Below, piece after piece: positions 1-11,029 of a stretch of 64,000 bases of DNA. Each line of letters begins with the position of its first letter. Position 1 is the stretch's first letter. The notes beneath the pieces were generated by a model. That model had not been told where the DNA came from, ran no database searches, and saw only the letters and a list, made by a program, of their open reading frames with translations. This DNA comes from Eledone cirrhosa (lineage: Eukaryota): the NCBI GenBank assembly GCA_964016885.1, contig OZ024741.1, forward strand, positions 330,212,001 through 330,276,000, written 5' to 3'. The position numbers were made by a program, and so were the translations under genes.

Positions 1-326
1 CACCTAATTATATTTCTTACATGAAAATATGTTAGGCTTCTACATAAACTGGAAACTTTCTCCCAACTTGTAGAAAACTTATAATGAAACAATTGTTTGG
101 AAAGAGAGATATATTTTAACTTTAATTATATCTCATATAAAATAATACAACTGGCTTTCCACAAAATACATATAGTTAGCACCCCAAACACTTAAATTAG
201 GTTTATACTAACGTATAACCTAATGTTTGTTGAGTGAGATGGTTACCAGTCGGAGTTTAGCTTAAAGCTATCTCTGTTATTGTATTAAATATATATATAT
301 ATATATATATATATTTATTTTTTCAT

Positions 327-660
327 GGAGGCACATGGCTTAGTGGTTAAAGCATTGGCCTTGCAATCGAAAGGTTATGAGTTCAATTCTCAGACCAGGT
401 GATGTGTTGTTTCCTTGAGCAAGACACTTTATTTCACATTGCTCCAGTTTACTCAGCTGTAGAAATGAGGTCCATATCATTCCACTGGGGTCCATATCAT
501 TCCACTGCAAAGTGGTCGTGGAGGTGCCACGGCAAAAAAGCACCCAGCACTCACTGTAAATGAGGTTGTGTTAGGAAGGGCATCCAACTGTAGAAATCAA
601 GCCAGAATCAGTTCCCGTCCCATCCTTGCAAGCAGGGAAAAGTGGACATAAAATGAAATG
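327..660 (+). mobile_element. tRNA-derived CORE-type SINE with LINE-derived 3' tail
   Basis: Head GGAGGCACATGGCTTAGTGG...GAGTTCAATTC (A/B box-like), CORE-like body TTCCTTGAGCAAGACACTTTATTTCACATTGCTCCAGTTTACTCAGCTGTAGAAATG, tail with GTTAGGAAGGGCATCC shared with LINE 3'UTRs in this window; near-identical copy at 19484. Confidence 0.85.
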
Positions 661-768
661 ATATTTGGTGTGGGATGCTTAAAGCGGTCCATATGTGGTA
701 GGCCGTTTGAGCACTCGATGCTCTTACAGAGCAGAGTATAATAATGGTGCGACGAATTAGAGTTTATT

Positions 769-854
769 AGACATATTATAATCGTTTCTCTGGCGACCAG
801 ATCGATGCGATGATTGAACCTGACCCTGAAATCGCAAGTTCTTCAGACACGTCT
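769..854 (-). ncRNA. degenerate type I hammerhead ribozyme motif (Penelope-like)
   Basis: Minus strand: AGACGUGU-CUGAAGA-(51 nt helix II domain)-GAAA-CGAUUA-UA-AUAUGUCU; helix I is 8 bp including 2 G-U pairs; the helix II closing pair and helix III are mismatched. Confidence 0.55.
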
Positions 855-894
855 CAATCAGAGTTTCCAAATGTCCTGTTTATCCTTCCAGCCA

Positions 895-1998
895 TGAGTA
901 TAGTGAGGAATTTAGCGTACAGGTCGGTGTCCACCAGGGCTCTGTTCTTAGCCTCCCCTGTTCATCATAGTCCTGCAGGCAATAACGGAGGAGTTTAAGA
1001 CCGGATGCCCATGGGAACTCCTATATGCAGGGACTGCAAGCAGCAAACAGCCACAGGAGAGAAGTACCACCAAACTCTGGGAGGGCTCTGTAGAAACAGT
1101 AGACAGTGTCTGCTACCTAGGTGACCGAATTAGAAATGGAGGTGGGTGTTCAGAAAGTACAATAACTAGGGTAAGAATGGGATGGAAGCAGTTCAGGGAG
1201 CTACTGCCACTGCTAGCTGCAAAAGGCTTTTCCCTCAAAATGAAAGGCAGACTGTATGATGCGTGTATCCGAACAGCGATGTTGCATGGTAGTGAGACCT
1301 GGGCGCTGAAGGTGGAAGACTTACGTAGATTAGAAAGAAACGAACCCTGCATGCTCTGATGGATGTGTAATTGTAATATACGCGAACGTCAAAGCATAAT
1401 TGAATTGAGAGAGAGACTGAGCATAAGAGGAATCAAATGCTGTGTGCAGGAGAGGCGGTTGCGTTGGTATGGACATGTGATGTGTATGAAGGATGACAGC
1501 TGCATAAAAAGGTGCAGAGCACTAGAAGTCGATGGAAACCGCGGAGTGGGGAGACCGAAGAAGACCTGGGATGAGGTGATAAAAGCCGACCTTACCCAAT
1601 TACACCTCTCAAAGGCGATAACACTCGACCGTGACCTCTGGCGTCACGTAGTAATACAGAAGACCCGACCCCCCATGGGTACAAGCCGAAGCTGAAGCAT
1701 ATAGACAATATGCCCCCACCCCCTCCCACTGCAAAGTTGATGTGGAGGTGCCATGGCAAAAAAGCATCCAGCCCACACTGTAAACTGGACGTGTAGGCGC
1801 CATGGAAAAAAAGCACCCAGCACTCACCGTAAATAAGGTTGGTGTTAGGAAGGGCATCCTGCTGTAGAAATCAAGCCAGAATCAGTTCCCGTATAAGCAA
1901 GACAAGGTCAGCTGACCGGACACTGCCCACAACAGGACAACCTGTCTAACCCATGCTAGTGTGGAAGAACGGACGTAAAACGGTGATGATGATGATGA
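895..1998 (+). mobile_element. 5'-truncated, internally deleted RTE/RTEX-like LINE with 3'UTR and (GAT)n tail
   Basis: Translates to YSEEFSVQVGVHQGSVL, CPWELLYA, GWKQFRELLPLL...RRLRWYGHV...GRPKKTW, matching the 27178-29724 ORF; contains an in-frame stop; ends in GATGATGAT. Confidence 0.9.
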
Positions 1999-2069
1999 TA
2001 TATATATATATATATATAACCAAAGATTAATATGGTTCATTGATTACTCTAAGTTTGAAGAACAGTCAG

Positions 2070-2975
2070 AAGTCTAGTTAATTTCTACGAGCTAAGAGGA
2101 AAGACTAGGTAAATTTTATCTGACTGTTCCTCACAGACACAGGGGATAGTCTGTGACATTTATTTGTTATTTCTTCAAAGCTACATTTTAAACTTAGCTC
2201 TGTTTAAATGATTATTTATCTAGTTAATTTCTGCGGACTAAGAAAAATTGGATATATTTTGTCTGACTGTTCTTCAAACTTATAATTTTATATAACTCTG
2301 ATTAATAATTAATTTTTTCATAGAGCCACACTGTGGAAGGTAGCCACACTCATATATGTATCTGTGACTATGTCTAAATATATACATATATATCCTTATG
2401 AATTTATTCTATACTCCCTTTCGGTTGAGTAAACCTTAGGTGGTAAGTAACTGCTCCTTCTAGCAGTGAACCTACCTGCCATCCGGCCTACCCTTCACAC
2501 CCTTCTACTTTGACCGCTAGCCACATGATGCTTCTCACCCCTTTTGATTTCATTTCTGGCGGCGATCACTTTAGACATTTTAGTCCTAACTGAGGGAGTC
2601 TCTTGAGAAGCTCGAAGCCTCATGGATAATACCAGGATTGGACATATCCACAAAGTACGTGCGAAACTATCGATAGTCGGGACTAGAACTTTGGTAAAGT
2701 TTATATACATTTTTTTCTTCCAACTTGCATTTTAGACTTAGTTCCGTTTAATTGATTATTTGTCTAGTTAATTTCTACGGGCTAAGAGGAAAGACTAGGT
2801 AAATTTTATCTGACTGTTCCTCACAGAGGATAGTCTGTGACATTAACCTGTTATTTCTTCAAAGTTACATTTTAAACTTAGCTCCGTTTAAATGATTATT
2901 TATCTAGTTAATTTCTGCTGACTAAGAAGAAAAATTAGATATATTTTGTCTGACTGTTCTTCAAACTTCTAATTT

Positions 2976-2976
<1 letters not shown>
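2070..2976. repeat. ~220-bp direct repeats (about 2070-2290 and 2760-2976) flanking a unique core
   Basis: Shared text GTCTAGTTAATTTCTACG...TCTGACTGTTCTTCAAACTT; a 21-bp inverted repeat links 2050-2070 and 2262-2282. Confidence 0.8.
2597..2684 (+). ncRNA. type I hammerhead ribozyme candidate with U3-A8 core covariation
   Basis: AGUCUC-UUGAGAA-GC(53 nt helix II domain)GC-GAAA-CUAUCGAUAG-UC-GGGACU; helix I is 6 bp; helix III is the palindrome ACUAUCGAUAGU; GUC cleavage triplet. Confidence 0.6.
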
Positions 2977-3008
<32 letters not shown>

Positions 3009-3016
3009 GTACTTAC

Positions 3017-3178
3017 TTGTACTATTTCTGCAGCCTGTGTTTGATTCAAACCAGTTAGTGAGGTACTATCTTGTGTAATATACTGAATACTAGAGTGTCC
3101 TTCCTCTGGGTTGACAGTCACAGTTAATGGCTGATGTGTGTCAGAATCATACACCGTGTAGGTCTCACCTTCTGCCAT
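3017..3178 (-). CDS. first coding exon of an unidentified protein-coding gene (MAEGETYTVYDSDTHQPLTVTVNPEEGHSSIQYITQDSTSLTGLNQTQAAEIVQ...), continuing left of the window
   Basis: Pyrimidine tract plus CAG acceptor (tttgtcctcag, AG at 3182-3181), ATG 2 nt into the exon, 54 open codons, GTAAGT donor at 3016; non-repetitive sequence. Confidence 0.75.
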
Positions 3179-3553
3179 AACTGAGGACAAAACAAAAAAC
3201 AAACACATATTACAAAACAATTCCAAGATATATTCGATCCCACTGCATGGGCAACAGTCTTCTTCTATAACCTCTGGCTAATCAAAGTTTTGACAATGGA
3301 ATTTGATAGATGAAAACTGCAGAAGCTCATGATAGTCTCACACACACATATCATCATCACCATTTCACATCAATTCTTCGAGGCTAGCATGGGTTAGATG
3401 AGTTGTCTTGTTATGAGCAATGCTAGGTCAGGTGACCATGCTTTGCTAATACAGAACTGATTTGGGCTTGGTTTCTACAGCTGGATGCCATTCCTAATGC
3501 CAACCTAATACCTTTACAGTGAGGACTGGGTGCTTTTTGTCATGACTCCTACA

Positions 3554-3594
<41 letters not shown>

Positions 3595-3638
3595 ATATAA
3601 TTTAATAAATAAAATAAATATAACAATTCACAGTATAC

Positions 3639-3765
3639 AATTGACATGTGTTTCGCCAATCTACAAGTAAACAAAATCTAGAAATGCTAGTCCAATAGGA
3701 TTTAAAGGAAAATTCAATTTCCAAAATTTTGTGACAGCACTGTGGTAAATTGGATCTTCAGAATT
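3639..3765 (-). ncRNA. type I hammerhead motif with 101-nt helix II domain (degenerate copy)
   Basis: Minus strand: AAUU-CUGAAGA-UCCAAUUUAC...GUAGAUUGGC-GAAA-CACAUG-UC-AAUU; U.C mismatch at the helix II closing pair; inverted paralog of 4076-4203. Confidence 0.6.
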
Positions 3766-4075
3766 TAACAATGTTTACATTTATGCAGAGTGTCTATAAT
3801 ACATATATTTACAGAGATTGATAGGGCATGTCATTGTGTAGGAATTATGTTGTATACATAGCAGTTGTATTGAAAAGTAGTGAAAAAAAGAAAAAGATGA
3901 TGTACACAGATAAAATTTATCAAATTAAATATTATTTTCCCTGCAAAGATTGTCAGATTAATAAGTTTGCTTTAATACCAAGAAACAAATTCTTTTGAGT
4001 CAATATTTGTTCTGGCTCTCTATATACCGAGTTCAAATCTCATAGAGGTCAACTTTGCCTTTCATTCTTTTGTTA

Positions 4076-4203
4076 AATTCTGAAGAGCTGATTTACCACG
4101 GTGCTGTTGCCAAAATATTGGAAATTGAATTTTCCAATAAATCCTATCAGACTAGCATTTCTAGATTTTGTTTACCTGTAGATTGGCGAAACACGTGTCA
4201 ATT
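4076..4203 (+). ncRNA. type I hammerhead ribozyme candidate with 81-nt structured insertion in loop II
   Basis: AAUU-CUGAAGA(4080-86)-GCUGAUUUAC/GUAGAUUGGC 10-bp helix II-GAAA(4188-91)-CACGUG-UC-AAUU; palindromic helix III ACACGUGU; all core nucleotides canonical. Confidence 0.7.
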
Positions 4204-4404
4204 ATAAAATAAATGTTACACCTTTAACTGTCAAGTTGTTATATTCAGGTTATTTATTATATTATATACTCCTGGAATTACCTTCATTGTACCCACGGTT
4301 GATCACCACAGAAACACTATGATAAATGATTCACTTGTCGAGTCAAAAACAATTGCATATTGACATAGTCTTCGATGTTGTCTAACGAAATCTGATCACT
4401 ACTA

Positions 4405-4481
<77 letters not shown>

Positions 4482-4485
<4 letters not shown>

Positions 4486-4560
4486 TTGAGTAAAATGACA
4501 GGAGGCTGGACTAGTGAAGGAATTTCACCAGTCCAGCCTCCTGTCATTTTACTCAATAAT
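4482..4560. repeat. 37-bp-arm inverted repeat (hairpin) with 5-nt loop
   Basis: ATTATTGAGTAAAATGACAGGAGGCTGGACTAGTGAA / TTCACCAGTCCAGCCTCCTGTCATTTTACTCAATAAT, one mismatch. Confidence 0.95.
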
Positions 4561-4719
4561 AATTAACTCCGTTTTCGCATCACAAGATTCAACATAAACG
4601 AAGATGGATGAGTTGCATTACTTTGAGTGCTTTTTCTAATATTACATCACGGTTGACTATACGGAATGACCAGTTCTATCTAGTGGTGAACCAACAAACC
4701 TCACAGAAAACAAACACAT

Positions 4720-5740
4720 TTAAATGCACCAAGGGCTCCGTAGAAGCAGTTGATAGCTTTGTTAACTGGGAGACCCAATTAACAATGGAGGTGGGTGTTC
4801 TGAAAGTACAGTAACAGTAGCCAGAAAACGGGATGGAAAAAGTTCCAGGAACTACTATCTCTGTTAGCTACAAAAGAGTTTTTCTTCAAAACGAGGGCAA
4901 ATTCCATGACACTTGTATACAAACAGCCATGCTGCATGGAAGTAAGACACGGGCACTGTGCAGAGAACCTATGAAGAATGGAAAGAAATGAATCTTGCAT
5001 GCTCCAAAGGATGTGTAATAGTAGTATGCATGAATGGCGAAGCATACATGAACTGAGCATAATACAGTGTGCAGGAGGAGATTGCGATGGTATGGATATG
5101 TGATGGGTGTGGAGGATGACAGCTGTATAAAAAGGTGTAGTACTCAAAGTCAATGGAAAATATGGAATAGGAAGACTTAGGAAATCTTGCGATGAAGTGA
5201 AAAAAGCTAACCTTGCACAATTAAACCTCACAAAGGAGATGAACAGGATCGAGATCTCTGGAGTCATGCTGTACTGCAGAAGACCCACCTTCCCATGTGC
5301 ACAGAATAAAACAAACATGTTGAGGACACTAGTCTGCTCTTCAACCCTCCCACTCACCTTATTCATGTCCAACTTGTTTGTATACACCCTCCCCTGCCAT
5401 CTTTCACACACCTGAGGTACCTTTCCTGTCCAGTTCAACCCATGCATACAAACATAGAAAACTGGACCCACTCCTAATTTGCTCTCCCCAATCCCACAAT
5501 GCTGCTACCACGACAAAAAGCACTTTGTTCACCTTGTATGGAGATCTGGTGCCACTACAACAAAAACACCCAATCCATCCTGTAAGGTGGTCGTACTGGT
5601 GACATGACAAGAGACCCCCAGTCCACCATGTATAGAGAACGTGCTGGTGACATGAGAAAAAGAAACCAGTCCATCCTGTAAGGTGGCCTTGCAGGTGACA
5701 TAACAAAAAGCAAACAGTCCAGAGAGACGAGTGTAATATA
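4720..5740 (+). mobile_element. degraded RTE/RTEX-like LINE 3' fragment with tandemly repeated 3'UTR units
   Basis: Frameshifted similarity to the C-terminus of the 27178-29724 ORF (GSVEAVDSF, GWKKFQELL); ~48-bp repeated units at about 5540-5720. Confidence 0.75.
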
Positions 5741-7229
5741 TATTTAGCAACATGTTGATCGACAGAATTTATTAAATTAAATATTATTTTCCCTGCAAAA
5801 ATTGGCAAATTAATAAGTCTTCTTCAATGCCAAGAAACAAGTCTTTTGAGTGTCAATATTTGTTCCAGTTCTCTATATTCTGAGTTCAAATCCCATGGAG
5901 ATAGTAAATAAAGTATGAATACAGGGGTGATGGATTGGCAGAATCGTTAAAGAATCGGAGAGGATGCCTTAAAGGATCAGATCCAGCTCTCTGTAACTGG
6001 CAGATAGTATCAGCAATGGGAACACAGTTAATCTTTCCCTTTCAATGTTACCTTCCTAAATACAACATAGAAACAAAACTGCTAAGCTAACAACATCTGT
6101 TGACTCATCTATGTTGAGTTCATTTTAACCCGTCTTATTATTAGCTCAGTTTCGCAAAAATGTGACATTTATTAAGCACAGCGGGAAACAATGTCATTAG
6201 AAAGTGAAAAGTTATAAATATATTTAAGTATTTTGTGGCTAGAATGTCTCAAAAAAGAATCGTTGGACAGATTTTACGGACAAAACCAACCGGCATGAGA
6301 CCAGGGGTAGACTCCGAACAAGATGGTTGGATAACATCCATGAGCTTGGCTGGTCTCGCTTGAGGATCCAGCCAGATCGATCAGTTTCTGACAGGACCCG
6401 CTGGAGGGAGTGTTTGAGGACTCTGCCCCCACGGCCCTCTCAGGAATAAGTTAGCGAAGAAGTATCTACCATACATTCCACCAAATCTTGTGCGCAAAGC
6501 TTTATAAATTTTTTGCAAATATGTCTTGTCTGCAGAGTAGTAGTTTTGGTGTCACGATAAAACGCACTCTGTAAAATGTTAGTACTGGTACTACGATAAA
6601 ATGCACCCAAAGCACTCTGTAAAATGGCAGTGTTGGTGCCATGATAAAATACACCCAATACACTCTGCAAAGTGGCTGTCTTTGGAAAAGGCACCAAACC
6701 ATAGAAACCATGTTAAAATATGGAACATATGAGCAAAACGTGATCCCCGACTTGTCTCGCATGGAAATCGTACGTTAAATGGTGAGCGCTTGGGATGAAA
6801 TTGTTTTTAATTGAAATTTTGTCAAATTTCTATTTTGTCTGTCTGTATTTGTCCCGTAACTTAGCAATTCGACAACAAAAAAGATCGTTAAAATAAGTTC
6901 TAGGCTTTAAAATATAAGTACTAGCGTGGATATTACCGACTAAATTAAGGCAGTACTCTAGTATGGCAACAGTTTAATGACTGAAACCAGTCAAAAAGTA
7001 AAAGAATCTCCAAATTATGATTCCGCCTGTTTGTTAGCAGAGGAGAAAAAAAATGAGGTGTTTGCAGCCTTTCCAAGGACGTTAGAGAAAACAATGTTGC
7101 TTTACAAACTAAGTGTTACTGGGATGGAAAATGTGATGTGGTAGCAGTAAATAAATACATGTCGATTTATTTAAGATGGGGATAAATGTCTTCATATTTA
7201 TATAAAAATCCATTTCCTTGAAGACGGCG

Positions 7230-7271
<42 letters not shown>

Positions 7272-8115
7272 TAATCGTACGTTTGGATTTGCAAACACAA
7301 GGAAAGCGTGCTCAGTACCAAAGTAGAGAATATTGTATATATTTATTACATTACTGAGAGTACTCTGTTGCCATTCTGAATTTCGATGTATATTATAAAT
7401 ATGTGTATTTAGGTCTTAGGCCGTTTAAACAGTAAATTTAACAAAGAGAAAACATTGATATATAATTTAATAAAAACAAAAACACTGATACAGCACGTTC
7501 GTAAACAAATTTTAGTTAAGGTGTTCTATATTTTGTAAATCTAGTTCTGACATTAAAAAAGTAGTGAAATATGACATGGCTGTTACATTAAATTGCAACA
7601 ATCGCAGCAAGCAGAGCGATAGCAGTAATGAATACGACATCGTTGCGAATACAATCAAATGCTCCGATTTTGTTTTCCAAAACAAACCTTGGCAACGGAG
7701 GGGAACAGACAGAGATTTAGCACGTGTCCGTTTGGACTTGTACAAGAAATAAATCTATTGGATGGACAAATGGAGTTTGTTGTTCAACAACTGCCAATGG
7801 TTGAACGTCGAAGCAGATGCGTGTGTACGTTTGTGTACAAACACCTATAAATATATAGCTATACATATATATGTATATACACACACACAAATATATATAT
7901 ATATATATGCGTTTCTTTAAATGGAAGCACTTTGCCTCGTTCAAAGTGTTATAGCGTTTACATTTTAAAAAGGCGAAGGCTATAAAAAATTTATAATATC
8001 AGCAACTAGAGATTTTTTTTTAATTAATAATTATTCGTTTTAAGTGTTATTTATTTATTTATTTATTTAGTTCCAAGTGATTGAGAATGCCAAATAAATC
8101 AACAAAACTACTGAC

Positions 8116-8280
8116 CTATCATCGGTGGTCGTCCAGAAGAGATTCGGGGGAAACATTTAATTACAATGTGTTGAAAATGGCGATGTGCTCTTGTGTACTT
8201 TCTGTATCACGTCACCATTTTGTGTGTAAACCCTACTTTCATGCTATAGAATCTTCATACACCAATATTCGTGACGTCAG
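8116..8280 (-). promoter_or_regulatory. putative promoter and non-coding first exon of the - strand gene
   Basis: Donor AG/GTCAGT at 8116/8115; CGCCATTTT (YY1/initiator-like) near 8174-8182; CRE palindrome TGACGTCA at 8272-8279; CCAAT at 8262; CpG-containing unique sequence. Confidence 0.55.
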
Positions 8281-8564
8281 TGCTCGAGTTCGCAATCTCA
8301 AATCAAAATTTTGCTTTACTTACAGATTCTGTCTAATAGTTGTCGGAGGCGCCAATTTCAGATACATACTATTTTAATTAAGTAACCTCACGACACCCAC
8401 CCTTTTTTGGTGTTCTTTCGTTTTAAGTGGACAGATTTCCAATTTCTTTAGTAGAAAAAGAACTGAGTTAAATACTGTTATAAGCAAGTTGTTAATCGCA
8501 TCCGTAGCCGAACGGAATAGAATTCTAAAATACCAGGAATTATCGGCAAATTATTTTTTCAGTC

Positions 8565-10960
8565 TGCGGCGTTCGAGACGTTTGTGCGTTGTAGCTAGGC
8601 CGCTGTCAACGAGCTTCTTGTAATTGTTGGCGACTTATCTGAGCAAGGTATCGGGTAATATACGTGGGGTGCTTGGCTATTCTAGCACCTTAGCCTCGCT
8701 AACATCCGCGGTAATATCGTGTGTTGGCTAGCCTCAAACACTAGATGGAAACACCAGCGCCCCCTGTTGCGGTGTGTAAATGAGTGTACGCGTATTCTTG
8801 CGTCTTCTTTTTTTTACTGCTATTAAAAAAATCTTTTGAGAATCTATGTAAATAAAATAACTTTATTATTTCGAAGTTGTACTTGTTTGATGTGACTTGG
8901 TTAGAGATTGTGTCGAAACTGAACAGAATTACATCGAAGAAGAGTGAAGTTAACCATTAGAAAAAAAAAAAACATTCCAGTGCCTTAGCCTCACTATCAC
9001 CTGCAGCAATGTTGTCTTGGCTTGTGTAAAACAAATTTAGAGGGAAACACCAACATTTCCTGTTGTAGTGTGTAATTTATATTTACTTGTCTCTTTTGTA
9101 AATCTTAATATATAAATTCCAGCTCGTCTCTGTCTCTTCCTTGTTTTCTGTCCTCTATCCTCTGGTTGGCAACATCCTCTCCGTTCAAACATGTACTAGA
9201 TACAACAGAGAGAAGGATGAAGCTCTACTACAGTGGAGGGAGCTAGGTTTGTCAGTCCTGATACAGAGAGTGTATGTTCTAGACACATTCAACTCTCAGT
9301 GATCAATTCTTAAGGTACCACCTACTCTCAGGTCTTGAATAATCGTCTCCATCCCCGCTTATTGAATTTTGCTAATCTATCTCCGGCGAAATTTTATTGT
9401 GAGTGATTCATATTGATACAGCAGCTGGAGAATCTAATAATTTTATTTTACATTTAAAAAAACATGACAAAAAAGAACATTGCAAGAAATCCTATATTTA
9501 CAAACGTATACTGTGCAATCCCTCCCCCCGCCACTTATAAGAATTTAAGCAAATGTCCTCCCACCCCCACTTATAAGAATTTAAGCAAATGTCCAGCCCA
9601 TCGCTTTTTTGGGATCCGAGAGTACTTTCCATGAACGCAAAATTCTTGGATGAGTGGGTCGATGCCCTGTCTGTGGCCAACATCGGCCACCTACTCAGTT
9701 TGGATGAGCTCCACATCTCCATTGCACTCAGAGTGGAAGCCGATGTCCATGGGGAATTGAAAAGTCCCTGTGGTAGGCCCCTTGATTCCACAGGTCTTCA
9801 TGGTTTGTCTTGCCACCTGAATGCAAGTCGCTTCGCTCTCCATACAGAATTAAACTTAATTATTAAGCGGGCTCTGCCTTGGGTAAATATCCCCTCAATT
9901 CTGGAGCTGGCTGGATTGTCCAGAATTGATAGGAAGGGACTACATGGTCATACCTTTTGTCCCTGAGGAGGAGGTAGATGTCTTATTTGGGATGCCACTG
10001 TCAATGACTCTTTTGATTCTTCCCACATCCTGGATACTGTAGTAAAAATGAAAGTCACTGCTTTCGTAGCTGAACAGAAAATTCTAAAGCACCGGAATTT
10101 CCCCCCCAGCCTGTTGCGTTCTAGACGTTTGGGGAAGCTGGGTCGCTGACAACAAAATTCTTGTTATTGTTGGCGGCTTCCCATATCAACCAGGCAACTC
10201 ACAGGAATCATCTGGAACTGCTATTAGTGTGTTGGCTTGCCTCAAAAAATATTAGAGGGAGGCTCCGGCACCCTTTGTGGTGTGTGACTGATTGACACAA
10301 TATTTTCTTTCGCTTTGAGTTGATATTTTTATATGAAATATTTATGCAATTAAGTCTTGTAGATTATTTATGTGTATATTTAAAAAGAAAAATTCAGTTT
10401 CTTTGCCGCATTATCACATGCGGCATTGACGTATGTTCGCTTGCCTCAAACATTATTACAAGGGAAACTCTAGTAATGCTTTTGTTTCTGCGATACTGTA
10501 ACTATAGTGAAAGTGCATAGCTTAGTAGTTTAGATCATGAGATCTTGAGTTCGATTCCTAGGAAGCACATTTTATTTTTAATCAACACACTTTATTTCAT
10601 GAGAACCATGTCAAGGGTTCACATGTCAATAACATGCTTATCCACTTACTTGCACGTGCATTTTACGAGCAAAATGTTCCGTTAGTCAAATAACAGAAAC
10701 ATTCGTTGACAGTAGTCCAACAACACATTAGCTACATGTTTAAATAACCATAATTACACAGCCTGTGGTGTTCGAGACGTTTGGTGGAGCTGGACTACAG
10801 ACAACAAAGTTCTTGTCATCGTTAGCAGCTCGCCTTATCGAGGTGTCAGGTGATGCCCATGAGGGTGATTGATTGTTTCAGCACCTTAGACACGCCATCA
10901 CCAATGGTAATGCTGCGAGCATGCTGGATTGCATCAAATATTTCCAATGACACGTGTAGT
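8565..10960 (+). mobile_element. cluster of CRE-like (restriction-like endonuclease) non-LTR retrotransposon 3' relics
   Basis: 9589-10250 encodes CGRPLDSTGLHGLSC...H (zinc knuckle) followed by RLE-like RIDRKGLHG..P*GGGRCLIWDATV; the 3'-terminal FETFG...HLSLA..RGN segment recurs at about 8565, 8980, 10110 and 10760. Confidence 0.7.
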
Positions 10961-11029
10961 GTGTGACTGATTAACAAACTAAGTGTCGAAGTTGTTGTTT
11001 TTTTTATTAAGACTACAATTTTAAATATC

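Noticed and set aside
327-400. tRNA gene (also 19484, 36784, 53652)
   Set aside because: No complete cloverleaf; it continues into CORE and tail sequence, so it is a SINE head.
4779-5471. 230-aa minus-strand ORF
   Set aside because: Antisense to a degraded LINE, with no protein-like motifs.
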